Source: Eledone cirrhosa (taxonomy: Eukaryota). Taken from it: a stretch of DNA of 64,000 nt. Both the position numbers and the translations under genes were made by a program. This document shows, in pieces, positions 53,781 to 64,000 of this stretch. The stretch spans positions 228,904,001 to 228,968,000 of the forward strand of contig OZ024740.1 in the NCBI GenBank assembly GCA_964016885.1, in the 5' to 3' direction. Position 1 is the stretch's first letter. Every line of letters starts with the position of its first letter. The notes under the pieces were generated by a model, which had not been told where the DNA came from, made no database searches, and was given only the letters and a program-made list of their open reading frames with translations.

Positions 53781-54303
53781 TGGTGGGAAGGAGAGGAGTT
53801 CCGAGAGTGCGTGAGAGGGGGGGTGGAAAAACATTAAAATAACAGGAAAAAAATTAAAATAAAAACAAGTGGTGAAAGGGTGCGAGGCGTGTAGGGGTGG
53901 TGGTGGGTGGATGGAGTGGGGAGGGGAGAGGGGAATGGGGGTCCGAGCGGGGAAGGATGAGGGTGGTGTGTGTGTGTGCGTTTGTAGGTTTACATGTGTG
54001 TGTGTGTATGCGTGGATGTGAGTGTGAGAGTTTCGGGGAGAAAAGGGTTCCCTGCTCGGGTATACATGGGGTGGGGTATAAGTCTGTGTGTGTGTGGGCG
54101 GGGGGTCGGAAGGGGTGAGGGAGAGGGAGCGTGCGGAGTCCGGAGGCAGAGTGGGTGCATGTGAGGATACGCACGTGTGTGTGTTTTTTGTGTGGTGTGG
54201 ATACGTGGGAATGTATGGTTGCGTGTGTGCGATGCGAAAATGGTGTAAGTGTTTGTGCCTGTGTGTGTGTGTGTGTGTGTGTGTGTTCCTGAATGGTTTT
54301 TCG

Positions 54304-54901
<598 letters not shown>

Positions 54902-55139
54902 GGGCGCTGGATCATCTGAGAACACATCCACCCAGACATTTCCACTTTATATAATAGGTAAAGTTGAAAGGAGTGAGGACAACCAGGTTTCTCTTATACT
55001 AAGACTTCATACACTTCTTGAATTTCCAGTTGTATAAGAAGGTGTGAGTGAAGAAAAGATTGCCGTTTTCCAGTTAAGTTTCTGGCATATGGGTCATAAG
55101 GACAAATAGGGTCCACGTGAAAAGGTTGACTCTCATTAG

Positions 55140-55320
55140 ATTGGCAATATCGGTAGAGGGTCGGACGCCATGCTTTGCAGCAAAGAGTTACGGCCCTTTA
55201 TAGTCTGAGTTCAAATCCCGCCGAGGTTAACTTTGCCATTCTTCCTTATGGGGTCGATAAAATAAAGTACCAGTAATACAGTGGAATAATTGCTGGCCTT
55301 GTGCCAAAAGTAGAAATAAT
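55140..55320 (+). mobile_element. tRNA-derived SINE
   Basis: Close match to 12800-12980. Confidence 0.85.
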
Positions 55321-55394
55321 TATATTATATTTCTGTTGACGAGAGAACACGGTTGCTCTTGCTGTAGGCAGTAACTGTAACAATCCAGAGTCAC

Positions 55395-56810
55395 GGTTAG
55401 GGTTAGGGTTGGTATTGGCGTTAGAAAAAGGGGTTAGGGTTAGAATTAGGGTTAGGGTTAGGATTAGGGTTAGGGTTACATTTAGGGTTAGGATTAGGGT
55501 TAGGATTAGGGTTAGGACTATGGTTAGGATTAGGGTTAGGGTTAGGGTTAGGATTAGGGTTAGGACTATGGTTAGGGTTAGGGTTAGGATTAGGGTTAGG
55601 ATTAGGGTTAGGACTATGGTTAGGGTTAGGGTTAGGATTAGGGTTAGGATTAGGGTTAGGACTATGGTTAGGGTTAGGGTTAGGATTAGGGTTAGGATTA
55701 GGGTTAGGACTATGGTTAGGGTTAGGGTTAGGATTAGGGTTAGGATTAGGGTTAGGGTTAGGATTAGGGTTAGGATTAGGGTTAGGGTTAGGGTTAGGGT
55801 TAGGATTAGGGTTAGGACTATGGTTAGGGTTAGGGTTAGAATTAGGGTTAGGATTAAGGTTAGGGTTAGGGTTAGGATTAGGGTTAGGACTATGGTTAGG
55901 GTTAGGGTTAGGATTAGGGTTAGGACTATGGTTAGGGTTAGGGTTAGAATTAGGGTTAGGATTAAGGTTAGGGTTAGGGTTAGAATTAGGGTTAGGACTA
56001 TGGTTAGGGTTAGGGTTAGAATTAGGGTTAGGATTAAGGTTAGGGTTAGGATTAGGGTTAGGACTATGGTTAGGGTTAGGGTTAGGATTAGGGTTAGGAT
56101 TAGGGTTAGGGTTAGGATTAGGGTTAGGATTAGGGTTAGGGTTAGGGTTAGGGTTAGGATTAGGGTTAGGACTATGGTTAGGGTTAGGGTTAGAATTAGG
56201 GTTAGGATTAAGGTTAGGGTTAGGGTTAGGATTAGGGTTAGGACTATGGTTAGGGTTAGGGTTAGGATTAGGGTTAGGACTATGGTTAGGGTTAGGGTTA
56301 GAATTAGGGTTAGGATTAAGGTTAGGGTTAGGGTTAGAATTAGGGTTAGGACTATGGTTAGGGTTAGGGTTAGAATTAGGGTTAGGATTAAGGTTAGGGT
56401 TAGGATTAGGGTTAGGATTAGGGTTAGGGTTAGGGTTAGGGTTAGGATTAGGGTTAGGACTATGGTTAGGGTTAGGGTTAGAATTAGGGTTAGGGTTAGG
56501 ATTAGGGTTAAGGTTAGGATTAGGATTAGGGTTAGGATTAGGGTTAGGGTTAGGGTTAGGGTTAGGTTAGGATTAGGGTTAGGACTATGGTTAGGGTTAG
56601 GGTTAGAATTAGGGTTAGGGTTAGGATTAGGGTTAGGACTATGGTTAGGGTTAGGGTTAGAATTAGGGTTAGGGTTAGGATTAGGGTTAGGGTTAAGGTT
56701 AGGATTAGGATTAGGGTTAGGGTTAGGGTTAGGGTTAGGTTAGGATTAGGGTTAGGGTTAGGATTAGGGTTAGGGTTAGGGTTAGGGTTAAGGTTAGGGT
56801 TAGGGTTAGA
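55395..56810 (+). repeat. Interstitial telomere-like array: TTAGGG with TTAGGA/CTATGG/TTAGAA/TTAAGG variants
   Basis: Hexamer array directly visible; 354-bp higher-order period. Confidence 0.95.
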
Positions 56811-56879
56811 GAGTTAGGATTAGTGTTAGGGTTAGTATCAGAGTTAGAATTGGGGTTGTATGTAGTGTTAGGGTTAGGG

Positions 56880-57335
56880 CTAGGATTAGTTTTAGTGTTA
56901 GTGTTATTGATCATGTTAAGGTGCTAGGATTAGTTTTAGTGTTAGTGTTATTGATCATGTTAAGGTGCTAGGATTAGTTTTAGTGTTAGTGTTATTGATC
57001 ATGTTAAGGTGCTAGGATTAGTTTTAGTGTTAGTGTTATTGATCATGTTAAGGTGCTAGGATTAGTTTTAGTGTTAGTGTTATTGATCATGTTAAGGTGC
57101 TAGGATTAGTTTTAGTGTTAGTGTTATTGATCATGTTAAGGTGCTAGGATTAGTTTTAGTGTTAGTGTTATTGATCATGTTAAGGTGCTAGGATTAGTTT
57201 TAGTGTTAGTGTTATTGATCATGTTAAGGTGCTAGGATTAGTTTTAGTGTTAGTGTTATTGATCATGTTAAGGTGCTAGGATTAGTTTTAGTGTTAGTGT
57301 TATTGATCATGTTAAGGTGCTAGGATTAGTTTTAG
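56880..57335 (+). repeat. 44-bp minisatellite, about 10 copies, built from degenerate telomeric motifs
   Basis: Unit CTAGGATTAGTTTTAGTGTTAGTGTTATTGATCATGTTAAGGTG. Confidence 0.95.
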
Positions 57336-57540
57336 GGTTAGGGTCATCTGCCTATATTTCATGTCATATTGTATTGTTTTTTTTATCTCGTCTGTCTTCC
57401 ATACTCTGCGCAGTCTCCGATAATTCTGTAAGTTGTCCTTGTAAAATCAACGCCTCCATCTGCCCTGTTGTCATAATAAGGAAAATGATATTGAACATTA
57501 CTAAGTTTTCCCTAGTGTACATGTATGCATGTGTATAGAT

Positions 57541-58060
57541 GTGCATGGATGTGTGTGGATGCGTGTGGATGTATAAGGATGTGTGTTGATGTGTATGGGT
57601 GTGTGTGGGTGTGTGTGGATGTGTGTGGGTGTGTGTGGATGTGTGTGGGTGTGTGTGGGTGTGTGTGGATGTGTGTGGATGTGTGTGGGTGTGTGTGGAT
57701 GTGTGTGGATGTATGTGGGTGTGTGTGGGTGTGTGTGGATGTGTGTGGGTGTGTGTGGGTGTGTGTGGATGTGTGTGGGTGTGTGTGGGTGTGTGTGGAT
57801 GTGTGTGGATGTATGTGGATATGTGTGGATGTGTGTGGATGTGTGTGGGTGTGTGTGGATGTGTGTGGGTGTGTGTGGGTGGGTGTGGATGTGTGTGGAT
57901 GTGTGTGGGTGTGTGTGGATGTGTGTGGATGTATGTGGGTGTGTGTGGGTGTGTGTGGATGTGTGTGGGTGTGTGTGGGTGTGTGTGGATGTGTGTGGAT
58001 GTGTGTGGGTGTGTGTGGATGTGTGTGGATGTATGTGGATATGTGTGGATGTGTGTGGAA
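57541..58060 (+). repeat. Decamer array GTGTGTGG(A/G)T
   Basis: Directly visible. Confidence 0.95.
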
Positions 58061-58189
58061 TGTGTGTGGGTGTGTATTTATGTGTGTAGGTGTGGGTGTG
58101 GATGTTTTATGGCTTTATTTGTAAGCGTACGCATGCGTACAACAATTAACAGAGTAATAAGAAAGAGGCGAAACAGAAGGGAGAAGAAG

Positions 58190-58220
<31 letters not shown>

Positions 58221-58506
58221 GATGATGGAAGAGGTAGAGAAGGAAGAAGAGAAGAAGAGAAGAAGGAAGAGGAAGAGGAAGAAAAGACAGTGTAAATTAT
58301 TCAGGAAAGCCGCCATAACTGGAGCTTGGAGGTTTGTTGACGTAAACAAAAGCTACAGACATTGTATTGTTTTGTTTGCTTAGCATGGACACCGTTAGCA
58401 ACTGTTGTTAGCAACCAAATAACAATGGACGCAATCAGATCATGTTATCATTTGACACGAGAAATCACGTTGTTCCACTTATACAGCCTTACGTTTAGTT
58501 TTGTTT

Positions 58507-60180
58507 GACTCGCCTGTTTGTGTGTGATTGTGTGTGTGTGTGGGGGGGGGGGGCAACTGTATATGCCTGTCTGTGTGTGTGTGTGTTGTGCGTGTGTGTG
58601 TGTGTTTGGGAGGGGGTGGGGGCAACTGTGTATATATCTGTCTGTGTGTGTGTGTGTGTGTTGTGTGTGACTCGCCTGTGTGTGTGTGGGGAGTGCAACT
58701 GTGTATATATATATCTGTGTGTCTGTGTGTGTGTGACTCGCCTGTGTGTCTGTGTTGTGTGTGACTCGCCTGTGTGTGTGTGGGGAGTGCAACTGTGTAT
58801 ATATATATCTGTGTGTCTGTGTGTGTGTGACTCGCCTGTGTGTCTGTGTTGTGTGTGACTCGCCTGTGTGTGTGTGGGGAGTGCAACTGTGTATATATAT
58901 ATCTGTGTGTCTGTGTGTGTGTGACTCGCCTGTGTGTGTGTGACTCGCCTGTGTGTCTGTGTTGTGTGTGACTCGCCTGTGTGTGTGTGGGGAGTGCAAC
59001 TGTGTATATATATATATCTGTGTGTCTGTGTGTGTGTGACTCGCCTGTGTGTCTGTGTTGTGTGTGACTCGCCTGTGTGTGTGTGGGGAGTGCAACTGTG
59101 TATATATATATCTGTGTGTCTGTGTGTGTGTGACTCGCCTGTGTGTGTGTGACTCGCCTGTGTGTCTGTGTTGTGTGTGACTCGCCTGTGTGTGTGTGGG
59201 GAGTGCAACTGTGTATATATATATATCTGTGTGTCTGTGTGTGTGTGACTCGCCTGTGTGTCTGTGTTGTGTGTGACTCGCCTGTGTGTGTGTGGGGAGT
59301 GCAACTGTGTATATATATATCTGTGTGTCTGTGTGTGTGTGACTCGCCTGTGTGTGTGTGACTCGCCTGTGTGTCTGTGTTGTGTGTGACTCGCCTGTGT
59401 GTGTGTGGGGAGTGCAACTGTGTATATATATATATCTGTGTGTCTGTGTGTGTGTGACTCGCCTGTGTGTCTGTGTTGTGTGTGACTCGCCTGTGTGTGT
59501 GTGGGGAGTGCAACTGTGTATATATATATCTGTGTGTCTGTGTGTGTGTGACTCGCCTGTGTGTGTGTGACTCGCCTGTGTGTCTGTGTTGTGTGTGACT
59601 CGCCTGTGTGTGTGTGGGGAGTGCAACTGTGTATATATATATATCTGTGTGTCTGTGTGTGTGTGACTCGCCTGTGTGTGTGTGACTCGCCTGTGTGTCT
59701 GTGTTGTGTGTGACTCGCCTGTGTGTGTGTGGGGAGTGCAACTGTGTATATATATATCTGTGTGTCTGTGTGTGTGTGACTCGCCTGTGTGTGTGTGACT
59801 CGCCTGTGTGTCTGTGTTGTGTGTGACTCGCCTGTGTGTGTGTGGGGAGTGCAACTGTGTATATATATATCTGTGTGTCTGTGTGTGTGTGACTCGCCTG
59901 TGTGTGTGTGACTCGCCTGTGTGTCTGTGTTGTGTGTGACTCGCCTGTGTGTGTGTGGGGAGTGCAACTGTGTATATATATATCTGTGTGTCTGTGTGTG
60001 TGTGACTCGCCTGTGTGTGTGTGACTCGCCTGTGTGTCTGTGTTGTGTGTGACTCGCCTGTGTGTGTGTGGGGAGTGCAACTGTGTATATATATATCTGT
60101 GTGTCTGTGTGTGTGTGACTCGCCTGTGTGTGTGTGACTCGCCTGTGTGTCTGTGTTGTGTGTGACTCGCCTGTGTGTGT
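58507..60180 (+). repeat. Modular minisatellite of GACTCGCCTG-headed units (113- and 209-bp periods)
   Basis: Repeated modules; identical ORFs spaced 209 bp (58934, 59143, 59352). Confidence 0.95.
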
Positions 60181-60557
60181 GTTGTGTGTGTGACTGCGTT
60201 TGTGTGGGGGTGAGGCATGCCTGTATCTGTGCTTGTGTGAACGTTAATGCGTCTGTGTGTGTGCGTGTGTATGTCTGCGTATGCGTCTGTATGTGTGTTT
60301 GTATGTCTGTGTGTGTATGTCTGTGTGTGCGTGTATGTGTCTGTGTGTGTGTGTTGTGTATGTCTGCGTCTCTGTGTGTGTGTGTGTGTATGTCTGCGTC
60401 TGTGTGCGTGTGTGTTAATGTCTGCGTCTGTGTGTGTTGTGTATGTCTGTGCGTCTGTGTGTGAGTGTATATGTGTGTGTATGTTAATGTCAGCGTCTAT
60501 GTGTGTGTGTGTGTGTCTGCATCAAGATGATTTCTTACGAATGAAACAGTTCCACTA

Positions 60558-60742
60558 ATAATTGTTTCTACTTTAGGCACAAGGCCAGCAATTACCCAGT
60601 ACATTACTGGTACTTTATTTTATCGACCCCGTAAGCATGAAAGGCAGAGTTAACGTTGGCGGGATTTGAACTCAGACCGTAAAGGGGCGTAACTCTATGC
60701 TACAAAGCATAGCGTCCGACCCTCTACCGATACTGCCAATCC
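60558..60742 (-). mobile_element. tRNA-derived SINE
   Basis: Reverse complement of the 12800-type copy; another copy on + at ~61020-61180. Confidence 0.85.
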
Positions 60743-60856
60743 AAATAATAAAACAAATATCCATATCCTCCATCAGGTATTGAGTACCTTTTAACTGTGG
60801 TCATCCTTCCTCTTCTCACTCTCTATCTTTCTATTTTATCTTTTTTTCTCATTCTA

Positions 60857-60892
60857 TCTTCTGATGAAGGACTAATGTCTAAAACGTTAAAA
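60857..60892 (+). ncRNA. Degenerate minimal hammerhead (family E, G12A)
   Basis: TCTT CTGATGA A GGAC taat GTCT AAA ACGT T AAAA; flanks homologous to 13580-13730. Confidence 0.5.
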
Positions 60893-62829
60893 CTCTTTTC
60901 CTATCATTTCGAGCGTTAAACTAATATATTTCTTCATTGTACTGTGTCGTTTGCTTTGGTATTTCTGTTTACTTTTTACAAACACAAACACCCCACCCCA
61001 CATATATATATATACATTGTGAATTGGCAGTATCGGTAGAGCGTTGGACGCCATGCTTTCTAGTATAGTTACGTCCCTTTACAGTCTGAGTTCAAATCCC
61101 GCCGACGGGGTCGATAAAATAAAGTACCAGTAATGTACTGAGTAATTGCTGGCCTTGTGCCTAAAGTAGAAGCAATTATATTATGTATCAAGCAGCTGAA
61201 GCATACTATAAGTTCATAAGATCATATCTGTACAAACAGTAAAGGTTTTAACAGAAGCTGCAAGAAATGTGGATGTAAACACACCTATAATGTACGTAGA
61301 CAAGACATGTACACATGTCTTGTCTACGTATTTCACCGTATTAGGAACACTTTGAACAGAGTTTCGATGTTTATTGAGGTTATCATCAGCCACTCCACCC
61401 TTGACAACCCACGGAGAAATAAAGCGGAAAAGCTTCATATACTCATTAGAGCTGGTAGATACAGAGAACCCAATCTGTTAATTAACATAATTTCAGTGTA
61501 TATATGGAGGTAGTTAATTAAATACTATAAATTAATATATGTACACAAATTGGACAGGGTTTTTAACCGAAGCTGCGAGAAATGTGTATGTAAACACATA
61601 TATTCATAAATGTATGTATGTAAGCATACTATATTTAGGGTATACTAGCATGGCCGCAGTGAAAGAACCAGTGGGTGCGGGATAGACATTCATACGTTTT
61701 TAGTTAGACTATAACAGGGAAATATGATGCTGCTCTTTGTTGAGGCAACCTAAAACGCTCACTGTATTATCGCGGATGATAGCGAGGCTGAGGTGCTGGA
61801 ACAGCCAAGCACGCCAGGAAAAAGAGACCTGCATACTCCCTTACACGCTATTACAACAATTGTTTCCCATTAAACAATTTTGAGGCAATATAATAGTGAT
61901 GGTGAGGCTGAGGTATTGTAAGAGTCAAGTGCGTTCCTGCAAATCACCTGATACTTCATTATGACGAATCGATTATGTAATATATTTAATCTCTATATAA
62001 TTACCTAGATTTATTAATTAACTAATTAACTCGGCTTATTTTTAATTAACTACATTTCAACTTAATGGAAAAACGGTCTGTAGCTCTTGAAACAAACCAC
62101 TCTCGTTAATATCAATTTCCCATGCACAAACATATACTCACATACACATACACACACATATACGCGCGCGCACGCACACACACACGCGCGCGAACGCACA
62201 CATACGCACTCGCTCACGTACACACATATAAAAAGAGAGAGGAAGAAGAAGAGAAGAACGAGGAGGAGGAGGAGGAGGGGGAGGAGGAGGAGGAGGAGGA
62301 GAGGTGTGTGTGTATGTGAAGAAGAAAGTAAGAGGAGAAAAAGGGACATTGGAAGGTTTCCCAAAGCGTTCCTTCTGCACGAAAAACATATAGTTAAGTG
62401 CAGACCATACTTAATAAGATGAGCTGAAAATTATATTTAATCAATTGAAGTGATAACCGAAATAATATAAAATGCAATTAGCATTAACAAGATGAATTTG
62501 AAAGGGAGAGAACTCCCGAAATTCTATTCAACACACACACACACGCACACACACATTTTTGTATTTGCTTTGCAAGATTTTTTATCTGAAAACGTGTGTT
62601 GAAACAGATATTGTAGTTTGAGGGGGTCATGCTGCCCATAAAAACACACGCACATTTTTATTTCACTTCAATGTATTATCAAAATGTCCAGGTCGGTTAG
62701 TTTAATGACCGGATGGTTATTTATTTATTACAGTAACCGACCAAGAAATTCTAATAACAATTTCAATTGAAGCCCCATAACTGCATATGTTTTTATTGAC
62801 AGTATGACCCTCCCAAAGTGTAACAAGAT

Positions 62830-62890
<61 letters not shown>

Positions 62891-63052
62891 AAATTAGGAT
62901 ATAGACAAAAAGAAGACAACGGAAAACAATGCAGAACAAAAGAGAACATTTTTTTTTATTTAAAAAAATAATGGCAAAAAAGACTAACGAAAGACACAGA
63001 ACTCCAAGGTCTTCCGCTGTTGAGATGAATTTAGACAGTTTCAACCCCCAAC

Positions 63053-63137
<85 letters not shown>

Positions 63138-63139
<2 letters not shown>

Positions 63140-64000
63140 AGGTGTGTAGGGTATTTGAGCACATATCTTTTTGGGTTATTGCTGCATTTTACTAAACTTT
63201 ATATCAGTAAACTTTTTTCCGGAAAACAATAAAGGAAGCTAATCTACTAACTCAAGAAATGAAAAGGCATGTTGTAATCGTGGCTTTAGAGACTGGAGAT
63301 AGCGATTTAGAGACAGCTTGATTTTTAAAAGTTGCCAGAACTTTCGCCTAGAAAGTTCGTAAGGAGTTAGAGACTGAAGATGGAAACGAATCAGAACACC
63401 TGAATTTATCCAGAAAATCCATGAGGTCACTTGCAAAAGATTTCCATGTGTCAGAAGGAACAATCAGAAATGTTGTCCACAGTGACATCAGATATAAGAC
63501 TACATGATGAGGAATGGTTAATTTATGTCAGAAAAAAAAACAAGCAAATCGCTTAATCACATCTAAAAGGCTCTTAAACAAACTTAAACAAATCCAGCAG
63601 AAGATGACGTAATTTGTTTTTTCTCAGACAAGAAAAACTTCGACCAAGATCAGAGATTTAACAAACGAAATGACAGATGGTGATGTGATGTGCAGATCCT
63701 TCTGAAGTTCCAACAGTTATGCACACAACATTTCCTGCAACTGTCATAGTTTTAGTGTTGTCAGCAATGAAGGACATGTGATGCCTCCTCACCTCTTTTT
63801 ACAAGGCCTTAGAGTTAACTCTGCTGCCAGCTATTGTGGTCCTACAAACAGTTGTAAATCCCTGGATAGACAATGTATGTAATGGAAGGCCTTATGTGTT
63901 TCAGCAAAACTCTGCACCATCACACAAGGCTCAAGTAATGCAGGAATGGATAGCTGAAAATGTTCATGATCACACAACTAATATTTGGTCTCCTAACTCT
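63138..64000 (+). pseudogene. Second DD37D/maT-like transposase relic, runs off the window
   Basis: Starts TA|CAAGGTGTG; FFSDKKNFDQDQRFNKRNDRW, GHVMPPH, YVFQQNSAPSH, IWSPNS; stops and frameshifts. Confidence 0.85.

Noticed and set aside
55409-56743. 444-aa Arg/Val/Ile ORF
   Set aside because: Translation of TTAGGG variants
58448-60218. 468-579 aa His/Thr-rich ORFs
   Set aside because: Three overlapping frames of a modular minisatellite

Overview
This is eukaryotic, AT-rich, microsatellite-saturated DNA. The SINE types and repeat landscape suggest an octopus or other coleoid genome (inference). I recognise no host protein-coding gene, and almost all short ORFs in the track are microsatellite translations. 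The real coding content is transposon-derived: two Penelope-like elements (RT + GIY-YIG; ~8200-11671 on + and ~33337-36857 on -), each with an inverted 5' copy of its 3' end; an R4/Dong-type RLE LINE (~39225-42540, -) plus a second 3' fragment; two DD37D/maT transposase relics; and RTE, CRE-like and Tx1-like 3' fragments. Non-coding elements include many tRNA-derived SINEs, hAT MITEs, a 1.4-kb variant telomeric (TTAGGG) array, several minisatellites, and a 4.9-kb phase-preserving Asn/Thr trinucleotide array. The main signal the ORF track misses is a dense set of type I hammerhead ribozyme motifs, roughly 15-20 copies from at least 7 unrelated families. They include a 467-bp tandem retrozyme-like element with compensatory stem changes, fold-back mini-elements with ribozymes on both strands, and core variants (U3:A8, CUGAAUGA). 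All structures were read by eye, cleavage activity is untested, and repeat boundaries are approximate.
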